From positions 109,690-173,689 of the forward strand of contig JAKMXF010000354.1 in assembly GCA_024704765.1 (NCBI GenBank): DNA of 64,000 nt, in the 5' to 3' direction. The position numbers and the translations under genes were made by a program. Shown in pieces: positions 55,660-64,000 of this stretch. Within the stretch, counting starts at the first letter, position 1. The number at the start of each line of letters is the position of its first letter. The notes beneath the pieces are model-generated. The model did no database searches, had not been told where the DNA came from, and saw nothing but the letters and a program-made list of their open reading frames with translations. This stretch comes from Oopsacas minuta (taxonomy: Eukaryota; Animalia; Porifera).

Positions 55660-58600
55660 ATGCAATTTTCAGCTCTCAATTCTGATAGCAATATCAACCC
55701 GAATTCCAATGAAGAGTTCTCTAACCCTTTTGGAGCTCTAAATTCCACTCGTGAAGCTGTAGAATCTGAGGCCTTCAAAAATTACTACCGTGCTCTTACA
55801 CTCCTGCAGGAGGACCAATATCATCAAGCTAAAGAGTTGCTTGTCTCCGTACTCAACTCGTCCTATCTCACTGACTCACTGCAAGACATCGGTAAGAAGA
55901 TATCCATTGAGTTACTCAAAGGAAAAGCTGCTAAACTGAAGCTTGCAGCAATATGTAACTTATCCCGTATAGCTGAGAAGCAGGAGTCCTGGATAGAGTG
56001 CATTTCCAGGTGTGAACAGGCTCTTGAGATAGACAAAACAGACACGATGGTATGGTACAGATTAGGACGTGTAGCCCTGAAAGTATTAGAATTAGAACTA
56101 AGTGCATATTCCTTTATTCAAACTCTCTCTCGTGCTAACTACATGTCTCCTGCTAGGAAATCCCTCATCCCAATATTATACGCTATATACAGATATGATG
56201 AGTGTCTACTGCAGTGCTCTGAGCTACTAGCAATAGCTCCTCTCTCACAGCTTGCTGCAGACTATGCTAACTGGATTATGAAGACACAACCCTATACAGA
56301 CCCACCTAAAACTCCAGCCATTGATTCCCTACTACAGGAACTACATACTGTAGGATTATCTGAGTTGAAGGAGTCTCCTCACATAAAATATGGCAATGAG
56401 CTTAGACACAAACAGAATATAGCCTATCCGGTGAAAACAGTGTTAGAAGAATGGAGTCCTACATCTCAGCTGTTATCTCTACATTGGGTGGAGTTAGGAG
56501 CTTATTTACTGTCTGTATTCAGAGAGGCTGAGGAGAGACATGATACTCTGAGACCCTGTAGAGTGTGGAGAGAAGATGAAGAATTGCTACCTCGAGAGGA
56601 ATCACCTGATCTCTCTAAAGGGGAGGAGATTGAGAAGAAGGTCTCTAAGAGGAGAGGTCAAGAGCTACTTGAGGATATGCCTGCCTGTCAGAGACGCTCT
56701 CTGCGTAGTTCACAGCAGGAAGGCAGAGACAGAGAGATGTTGAACAAAAAGATGGGTGATCTAATCTCCTACTTCTTTGCTCCTAGATGGAGTTATTTCC
56801 AACAGACTCACTGTATGTCTACACACCCTTCCTACCCTAAAAAGGTGTTCCCTCCTGTCATAGATTCTAAACTCCTCCTCAAGTCTCAGCCTAGCATTGA
56901 AGGGGAAAGTGCTAAGGTTAAGAAATTCCTCCGCTCTCACAACCTGTCTCCGATCTGTTCCCTCCTCCCCCGATATCTAGAAGCATCCTCTCAAATGTTC
57001 TTGCTCCGCTGGACACACTCCTCTACTCATAAATTACATTCAATTATTTCTAACATGTACTTGACATGTCATGGAAGATTCCTCTCTCTCCCTGATATAT
57101 CCACTGCTCCCTCACATATAGACACTGCTCATGTAGTATTGATGTTTATAGAAGGCATGATTTACCAGAATCTCCCTTCCCCCGCTCCTCAGCCAGATCC
57201 TGATCCCCTCCTCTCTCAGGCTGTGTTAGAGGCTGCTTTCTTCCTTGAGCGTGTCTGCTACTCCCCCCTGGTACCCTTCAAACACTGGCATACATTCTTT
57301 TTGAGGAGCTCTTGGTCTTTGTCTAGGCTAGCAGAGTACAGAGGTCTTATAGACAAACAGATAATGCTTCTAGACCACGCCCTACAGACACTGGAGCTAT
57401 GTAACTCTATACAAGAATCAGCTGTTACTCCAGATTCTAACTCTGACTGTAGCAGTAGTAATCATGAAGGATTCTCACTATACTATCCACCTGATGAATT
57501 TATTTTACCACATCCTAACATACATACAGTTATTAATAGAGCTATTATACAGGAGAGTATGGAGAAAGCTATAACAGCAAACTCTATTGACAGAGGAATA
57601 CTATTTGATTACTATCTGAAGGGAGATCACAAGCATCTGATTTCATCTATAAAACCCTTTGTTTCTGATTCTCCTAACTCCCCCTTCCAATTCCTCATGG
57701 TCCGAATGAAGATGACGTCAGAGTGTAGCTTCATTCCTAACCTCATACAAGTTGCATTGGAATGTATAGTTAATGGACAGATGGAAGAATCTGAGATAAT
57801 ATCTCTCCTCAACAAGATCCTCTCTAAACTAGTAATCTCAATATGTGACACTCTAGATCTGACAAATGACATGCATCAGCTGGAAATAGAGCTTAATACT
57901 CTTAGTGATGTCATTGCTGTATTTGTAAACAAACACAAACAACATCCATTCTCAATAGCAGATACCCTGGATACAGTAGGGTTCATATGGAATTTGTTGA
58001 GAATATTAGAATTCTATTGGGATATACGGAATACTTCTATGAGGAAGTTAATACCGATATCTCCTGCTATTTGTCTACTATACTACTGTATACAGAAATG
58101 TAACCTTACAGCTGATCATGCGACAGAATCAAAGATCATTGATGATGATGATGTCACACCTCTCAGTTCTACAGCTAAATCTTTGCCTGACAACAAGAGG
58201 AGGATGTTATTCGCCCAGAAGAGATTAAGTCGTGTTAATCCTGCTCTTGGGTTCTTATTTGAATGTCATGAGTTGTTTGGTGGTGATCACTTCTGCTGTT
58301 CCATTCAAGCTCTGTTGCTCCATTTGTTGTTACGAGATACTAGCAATACACTACATACATTGACAGAAGAGGACAGTTGTCTGAAGGAACTGCTGGAGGG
58401 TGAACTGATTCAGATTCTATTCTGTCTGTTCGGCTACCCAGCTAAGAGGTACAGAGCTCTGGGATTGAGTGAGCATAGAGAGAATGATGACGTCATACCT
58501 TCTTTCGATTGGCCCTCTTGCTATCTGATGCTACACAATCTATACCCATCTTCTTTACCTACATTTGATGACAATAAATCTACAGGCATTTCTCCTGACC

Positions 58601-60387
58601 TAATCATAGTATGCAAGAGATTAGCTGATCAATTGCCTTATAAGGAGTATACAGTTATATCTTTAGAAATTCTTGAGACTTTCATTGTAAGCGAGTCAGA
58701 TTCATTCCCTGAACAATTCGAAGTTACCATCTCTTCTCGTGAGGCTGAATGTTTAGCAATGGCTTATTACGTCATAGCTGATGACTACCTTAAGTGTCAT
58801 TCAGAGAAAGCTATCGATTTCTATAAAAAGCATCTCTTGTTTTACCCCAAACACCCTGACTCTTGGGCAGGTCTCACTCTAGCGAATTTCCGTAAACTCC
58901 AATATCACCTGAGAGATCGTACAATTAACACTCTGAGTCATTTCGTGAGTGAGGTTACAGATTATATGCTGAGTGTATCTCGCTGTTTCAAACAAGTTAA
59001 CCGACTGTATCCATCTCACTCACAGCTGTTAGAGAGATACGGACACTACTGCTATCTAGTTAATTCCTTCTGGAAGAATATATCCTACCTCACATCAACA
59101 CCACTGCCTCATTTAGCTTCCTACTCCATCCCAGACACTCAGTCTGAACTCAAACAGAGTTTGTCTGTATTCCAGAAAGCTCTAGACTTTGAAACTCACA
59201 TTGCAGAACCTTGGCTCTACCATTATCTTCTGGCTAAAATAAAGAAGAAGCTCTTATACCCGTTTGAGGAGTGTTTCTCTCATCTCATCTCCAGTTCTCG
59301 TATCCTACACACAGATGGTGTATATTACCCTGACCACATAGATTGTAATACTACTGGCTCTGCTATACAAGCTATAGAAGTTCATTACGTCATACATTCT
59401 ATGTTTATACAAGCTCTACTCCGTGATAAGATGACTGCTTTATCTGTTGTAGAGAGCGCTCTGCTAGCTCTCAAAGAGGTATCCCCTCTAGCCAGAACTC
59501 CTCCCCCTGATACGGCCATAACTCAGTGTATTCACGATAATAGGTTCATCATTCTACGAGCACTTAACATACATCAGGTTATCACATGGCACTCCAGTCT
59601 CGAAGATAGATTCGTTTCAGTATTGGTTGATTGCATCCATGGTTTGTTAGTGTGTCTAGCTAGATTCCCTACTCACTATAAGTCACATTACCGTCTAATT
59701 AGAACTCTATGGGATTTGAACCCTGAAGTATTCTATACAACTGTCAGATCTCTTCTAATTGGACCTGTTTCCTCTGATGATATTAAGAACGACAAACAAT
59801 TACCTCTCTTTAATCTCAAATCTAATTTATTCGCTAACATGTGGGCATATGACAAGTCTTATGATATTGACAGACCTGGATCATTTGTCTATCACATGTA
59901 CAGACATGTCTCATTGCTGTTCTCTTTCCTTTCTTACCGACACTCCGCAGAAGCTTTCATATCAGCTCTGTCCCTGCTCAAACTTAAGCCAGAATTCGCT
60001 AGAACTTATCTGAGAGAGTGTGAACGTGTTCATCTCTATAACGCAGGGCTACTGATGACAGCACAAGTTCTAGAGAGTGTGTATTCACAGGGACTGGTGG
60101 GTGGTACAGCTAAATCACTCAATCTTCTTAAAGCCAGCTATATACTACATTCTTTTGTATTAAAGTCGTTACTACCGTCCGCTATCAAAGATCAGCTGTT
60201 AGAAAGGTTAGGAATATTGTTAGAGAGATATTTCCAGCTCTATAGAGGTCCTCCCCAGGAAGGAGAGTACTCTCTAAATCTTGTTCTCAGCTCCTGTGCT
60301 CAGCTGACTACTGTATCAGTTAGTGACCAAGTTCAGCTTGCTAAAAAGCCTAAACCAATCAAGCCAAAGCCTCCAGCTGTCTCATAA
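55660..60387 (+). CDS. CABIN1: CABIN1/Hir3 TPR protein (HIRA complex subunit)
   Basis: MQFSALN...TREAVESEAFKNYYRAL, TPRs (D.TDTMVWYRLGRVAL), central ELIQILFCLFG.P, KHLLFYPKH.DSWAGL, EPWLYHYLLAK, CLARFPTHYKSHYRL. Single 4.7-kb exon. Confidence 0.88.
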   Translation: MQFSALNSDSNINPNSNEEFSNPFGALNSTREAVESEAFKNYYRALTLLQEDQYHQAKELLVSVLNSSYLTDSLQDIGKKISIELLKGKAAKLKLAAICNLSRIAEKQESWIECISRCEQALEIDKTDTMVWYRLGRVALKVLELELSAYSFIQTLSRANYMSPARKSLIPILYAIYRYDECLLQCSELLAIAPLSQLAADYANWIMKTQPYTDPPKTPAIDSLLQELHTVGLSELKESPHIKYGNELRHKQNIAYPVKTVLEEWSPTSQLLSLHWVELGAYLLSVFREAEERHDTLRPCRVWREDEELLPREESPDLSKGEEIEKKVSKRRGQELLEDMPACQRRSLRSSQQEGRDREMLNKKMGDLISYFFAPRWSYFQQTHCMSTHPSYPKKVFPPVIDSKLLLKSQPSIEGESAKVKKFLRSHNLSPICSLLPRYLEASSQMFLLRWTHSSTHKLHSIISNMYLTCHGRFLSLPDISTAPSHIDTAHVVLMFIEGMIYQNLPSPAPQPDPDPLLSQAVLEAAFFLERVCYSPLVPFKHWHTFFLRSSWSLSRLAEYRGLIDKQIMLLDHALQTLELCNSIQESAVTPDSNSDCSSSNHEGFSLYYPPDEFILPHPNIHTVINRAIIQESMEKAITANSIDRGILFDYYLKGDHKHLISSIKPFVSDSPNSPFQFLMVRMKMTSECSFIPNLIQVALECIVNGQMEESEIISLLNKILSKLVISICDTLDLTNDMHQLEIELNTLSDVIAVFVNKHKQHPFSIADTLDTVGFIWNLLRILEFYWDIRNTSMRKLIPISPAICLLYYCIQKCNLTADHATESKIIDDDDVTPLSSTAKSLPDNKRRMLFAQKRLSRVNPALGFLFECHELFGGDHFCCSIQALLLHLLLRDTSNTLHTLTEEDSCLKELLEGELIQILFCLFGYPAKRYRALGLSEHRENDDVIPSFDWPSCYLMLHNLYPSSLPTFDDNKSTGISPDLIIVCKRLADQLPYKEYTVISLEILETFIVSESDSFPEQFEVTISSREAECLAMAYYVIADDYLKCHSEKAIDFYKKHLLFYPKHPDSWAGLTLANFRKLQYHLRDRTINTLSHFVSEVTDYMLSVSRCFKQVNRLYPSHSQLLERYGHYCYLVNSFWKNISYLTSTPLPHLASYSIPDTQSELKQSLSVFQKALDFETHIAEPWLYHYLLAKIKKKLLYPFEECFSHLISSSRILHTDGVYYPDHIDCNTTGSAIQAIEVHYVIHSMFIQALLRDKMTALSVVESALLALKEVSPLARTPPPDTAITQCIHDNRFIILRALNIHQVITWHSSLEDRFVSVLVDCIHGLLVCLARFPTHYKSHYRLIRTLWDLNPEVFYTTVRSLLIGPVSSDDIKNDKQLPLFNLKSNLFANMWAYDKSYDIDRPGSFVYHMYRHVSLLFSFLSYRHSAEAFISALSLLKLKPEFARTYLRECERVHLYNAGLLMTAQVLESVYSQGLVGGTAKSLNLLKASYILHSFVLKSLLPSAIKDQLLERLGILLERYFQLYRGPPQEGEYSLNLVLSSCAQLTTVSVSDQVQLAKKPKPIKPKPPAVS

Positions 60388-60604
60388 CGTGTTTATACGT
60401 AAGGCATGTAGTATCGTATTATACTTTTTGAAATTATTATTTCCTCCAATTTTTACTATAAAATGTTGACCGTGATTATTTCTATGGATATAACCGACCG
60501 CCCTAGACATTTTGTTATTTATAAGTATAATGGAATTTTGTTTAGGTCAGTCTGACCAATTGAAATCTGCTTGAAATATTTTTAGTTCGTTATCTTATAT
60601 ACTA

Positions 60605-61075
60605 ATGGAACATCAAACTGAGAGAGCTTTCCAGAAACAGAGAGGAGTATTCCTTAACAGTAAGCTGCCTCCAGGGACCTCTGCTCCTAAGAAAGAGAAA
60701 AGATTCGTACGGAATGTCGGCCTAGGCTTCAAGACCCCAGTAGAAGCATCTGAGGGTACCTACATCGATAAGAAGTGTCCGTTTGTGGGTAATGTTAGCA
60801 TCCGAGGTAGAATTCTTACTGGTACTGTGAAGAGTATGAAAATGAAGCGTACAATAATAGTGCGAAGAGATTATCTGCATTACATCAAGAAATACAACCG
60901 ATTTGAGAAGAGACATAAAAATATGTCTGTTCATCTCAGTCCTTGTTTCAGAGATATAGAACTGGGGGATATGGTTGTAGTAGGACAATGCCGACCTCTC
61001 TCAAAGACTGTACGTTTCAATGTACTCAAGGTACAGAAAAAAAAGGGGGAGAAGAAAGTATTCAGGAAATTCTGA
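60605..61075 (+). CDS. RPS11: 40S ribosomal protein S11 (uS17)
   Basis: [48 protein letters not shown]. Confidence 0.97.
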   Translation: MEHQTERAFQKQRGVFLNSKLPPGTSAPKKEKRFVRNVGLGFKTPVEASEGTYIDKKCPFVGNVSIRGRILTGTVKSMKMKRTIIVRRDYLHYIKKYNRFEKRHKNMSVHLSPCFRDIELGDMVVVGQCRPLSKTVRFNVLKVQKKKGEKKVFRKF

Positions 61076-61606
61076 GAATTATACAATTAGAAATTGATTA
61101 GGAATATTATTATTCGTGGAGTAGTGCTGTAATGCTCAGTAGGTTATATTAGTTACTAGCAATAGATTGGATTTAGTTTGTTCAGACGGTTTAGGTCTTT
61201 ATGGCATAACATAGTAGGTACTGAGTTGATTATATTGACTCCACTTAATTGGAACGCGTTTGTTCCAGGCAATCAGTCCAAATATAGCTGAGTTTCTGAT
61301 TAAAATAGTAACTCTTCTACCATACATTTACTTAAGTGTACACAATCTCGTTATCAAACCAAGTATTGACTTCCAACTTAACAGAATACTAAGCTAATTT
61401 GTGTAAACCTCATTGAAAATTAGGAATGTTGATATGTGTATGAGCGATGTATATTTCATTTCGACATCATCAATCATAATCTGTACTTGTATGTAACATT
61501 CTAGCTTTATATCTTATTTTATTTAATTTTCACTCATTCAACTCCTCGAAGATATTTCTTCTGTAACCATCTCATTAACTCACTGCATTTCTAATTACAA
61601 GAGTAA

Positions 61607-61789
61607 ATGGCTAATTCTGCTGGCAGATTAGATCCCGATGAAGGAACTGCATTTGATCCAACTAATATACATGGAAAGATGGACACTGTTATTCCTATTG
61701 AGAATTTAGAAGGTGGGATAACAGCTGAGGAAGAGTTTCTCAACACATTAGATGAACCTGTTCTGACTACTATCAAGAGAGATGCCAAG
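61607..61789 (+). CDS. YIPF6: First exon of a Yip1-family gene (YIPF6-like); later exons not in the window
   Basis: NTLDEPVLTTIKRDAK|gttagt matches the Yip1-family TLDEP..TI.RD motif, followed by a phase-0 donor. Confidence 0.6.
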
Positions 61790-61924
61790 GTTAGTTTATA
61801 CTTTATTATATTTTATGTATACTTATCCGAATTCAAGTCAAAACGGCCATAAACCAAAACGTAAATACGCTGGGGCAACATATAAGGCTCAAATGTCTCT
61901 GTACAATAATGTCCATCCTTTATA

Positions 61925-62070
61925 CAGTCAACATTCGCTATCTCGAACGAATATTCACTTCACTTCGTTGTAATTTTAGTACTTATCGCATCCGTTAACT
62001 GGAGTATTCGCTATATCGAACAAATTATTCAATTCCCCTGAGGAGGGTTTGAGTTCCCGAATATAAACTG
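61925..62070. mobile_element. CAGT...ACTG MITE with TA target duplication
   Basis: TA|CAGTCAACATTCG ... CGAATATAAACTG|TA. Confidence 0.6.
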
Positions 62071-62364
62071 TATTTATCTGAGTTAATAAAAGAGTCATAA
62101 GAACGAGAGTGAACTAGTATACAGGCTAGTATACAGGTACTTTTTCTTTACCATATAACAGAATAATTGTTTACTATTTGTACCATGTGTGTGTATTAGT
62201 GACGAATTGTTATTATTGACACAAATCAGTACACGAATAATTGAGATATGTTTTCTCAATTCCAATATGGCTGCCAAAGTGACATATGTTAACCATATGT
62301 TGTGACTTGTGACGTATAAATGTGTGTCCCGTTTACATACAATATTATCTTACGTATATTTCGA

Positions 62365-64000
62365 ATGACAACAAAGATATTTCCATCTCGTCACTCTCCC
62401 TTACCTCTTCTCAGTCCAACATGTACCTTATCTTGGATGAGTCCCTCTATCTTATATTCCTGCTTAATAACAGGACAAGAGAATGGATGTATAGGTATTA
62501 CTTGGTACCCTTCAAACAAATTCCCCTCCTCCCCCAGTCACTTCTCCAGTCTAACTCTCTCTTACAGCTGTTTAACTCGTATCACACATATTCGTTGCTG
62601 CTCTCCTAACTCATATGCTGCTGTAGCAGACGCTAACGGTACTCTGATGTTACTTTCTGTCAGACAACCACACTCAGGGGTAACACGAATGCTCACATCT
62701 ATGACTAACACACCCCAGACTATTGTAGGGGTAGACTGGTCTCATAGGGGTAGTAGTCTTGCTTGTTTAAGAGCTAACGCTAAGAGAAGTACACAGCTAG
62801 TTCTTATCATCTACTCTAATCTATCTCATACTCAAATAGGACATACCGAAGTAACATTCCCTAGAAATGTAGTAAGAGAGTCTATGATAGCTTCTGAGCA
62901 ATTAATAGCTAGTCAACGTATCGCCTGGAGTCAAGACGATTCTGCTATATTTCTAACAACTCCTGACCACTCTGTCTTAAAGCTGTCAAGTCAGACATGG
63001 CAGATAACAGCTAGACTACATCTCAGCTACTGTACTCAATTACAGATGATATCCTCCACACAGCTGTTAGCTGCCTCCTCAGAAGGAAAACTGTCACTCT
63101 ACAACTTTAGCTCAAACAGTTTCAAACAGCTGACAAGACATGTGGACAACTGGGTATGGTCAGTATACCATGAAAAGCTGCTAGCTGTCACACGACAGGG
63201 CAACAGCTGTCATCTATCAGTCATAAGTCCAGTTGGAATTGAACAGTCACGTTACAATTTGCCTACTTCTGGTTATGTGACGTCAGTATCTCTAAGTCCT
63301 GACTCTACAATTCTATCCTATACTACCGGCAGTTACATGTGTTCTCTCTTACTCTACACTTCTGTACCTACTCTATCTGACCTGTGCATGCGTACTATAG
63401 GAGATACTCGTGTATGTGCTAGCTCTCTTCCTCAGAGACTACAGGAACAAGTCAGCATGCATCACAATGTCCTATTCTATCCCTGGTGTCTGTCTGACGC
63501 TGTAGAGCTTAGTGTATTGAGTATGGAGAAGAGATCTGGTATAGGGCAAAGCTCTAGACTGCTATTAGTTAAGAAAGATCATCTCGGGCAAGAATTAGAT
63601 GTACTACGCTTCTATCATTCTAACAAACTTTGGAAACACAGTGTTAAACTGAAGAAACAATCTGGCTTGGACTCTATGCTACCTAAACTCCTCTCATTGT
63701 GTATCACTCAGCCTCCTAAAAACTGCAAGATTAAATGGAATATCAGTAAGAGTGTATTCACTCTACGCACTGGTGCTAATGAACTACATTTAATATTCGT
63801 TACAGGCGTTGATGAGTTTATTGCTATATTCAGAGGAGGGCAGCATAGAATATCAATGGTTGAGAAAACAGGACTAGTTATCATGAAGCTGATTGATGGA
63901 GATATTGTGACTAAGATCTCTCATGACCAGAATCTATTCAGAATGAAATTATACAAACTGGAACTATTCTCGCAGCTACAAATCCTTATGATTGTTCTGG
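62365..64000 (+). CDS. TULP4: TULP4-like WD40 beta-propeller + SOCS-box protein, 3' partial (missed by the ORF track because it has no stop in the window)
   Basis: Open for 545 codons from ATG 62365 to the window end. Collinear motifs LSW..LITGQENGCIGITW, AAVADANGTL, VDWSHRGS, IAWSQDDSAIF, and SOCS-box-like VPTLSDLCMRTI. Confidence 0.7.
   Translation, partial: MTTKIFPSRHSPLPLLSPTCTLSWMSPSILYSCLITGQENGCIGITWYPSNKFPSSPSHFSSLTLSYSCLTRITHIRCCSPNSYAAVADANGTLMLLSVRQPHSGVTRMLTSMTNTPQTIVGVDWSHRGSSLACLRANAKRSTQLVLIIYSNLSHTQIGHTEVTFPRNVVRESMIASEQLIASQRIAWSQDDSAIFLTTPDHSVLKLSSQTWQITARLHLSYCTQLQMISSTQLLAASSEGKLSLYNFSSNSFKQLTRHVDNWVWSVYHEKLLAVTRQGNSCHLSVISPVGIEQSRYNLPTSGYVTSVSLSPDSTILSYTTGSYMCSLLLYTSVPTLSDLCMRTIGDTRVCASSLPQRLQEQVSMHHNVLFYPWCLSDAVELSVLSMEKRSGIGQSSRLLLVKKDHLGQELDVLRFYHSNKLWKHSVKLKKQSGLDSMLPKLLSLCITQPPKNCKIKWNISKSVFTLRTGANELHLIFVTGVDEFIAIFRGGQHRISMVEKTGLVIMKLIDGDIVTKISHDQNLFRMKLYKLELFSQLQILMIVL

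Overview
AT-rich, gene-dense eukaryotic (animal) DNA. The compact, mostly intronless housekeeping genes and the NHL-repeat family suggest a sponge, plausibly a hexactinellid such as Oopsacas; this is an inference, not a database result. The housekeeping blocks encode an NHL-repeat protein, FCHO, SMARCD, the gamete fusogen HAP2/GCS1, TMED9/4, a FAXDC2-like hydroxylase, TTC13, FPGS, MGAT4, a DGAT2-like and a WS/DGAT acyltransferase, SIRT2, tRNA-Cys, CABIN1, RPS11, an isolated YIPF-like first exon and a TULP4-like ORF that runs off the window end. Between about 18 and 38 kb is an accessory region that the ORF track does not resolve. It holds a spliced Ig + FN3 cell-surface receptor array made mostly of symmetric phase-1 exons: one apparently intact minus-strand gene (about 600 codons, start exon not found), a near-identical damaged tandem copy, and decayed opposite-strand relics, one with a TM and Tyr-motif tail. 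The two copies are about 97-98% identical in the Ig exon and the intervening intron but only about 78% identical inside one FN3 exon, including at synonymous sites, which points to exon-level sequence exchange. The array is dense in Helitron-like elements and MITEs and abuts an intact Chapaev3-type transposon with CACTACGTAACA TIRs and a TTA target duplication.
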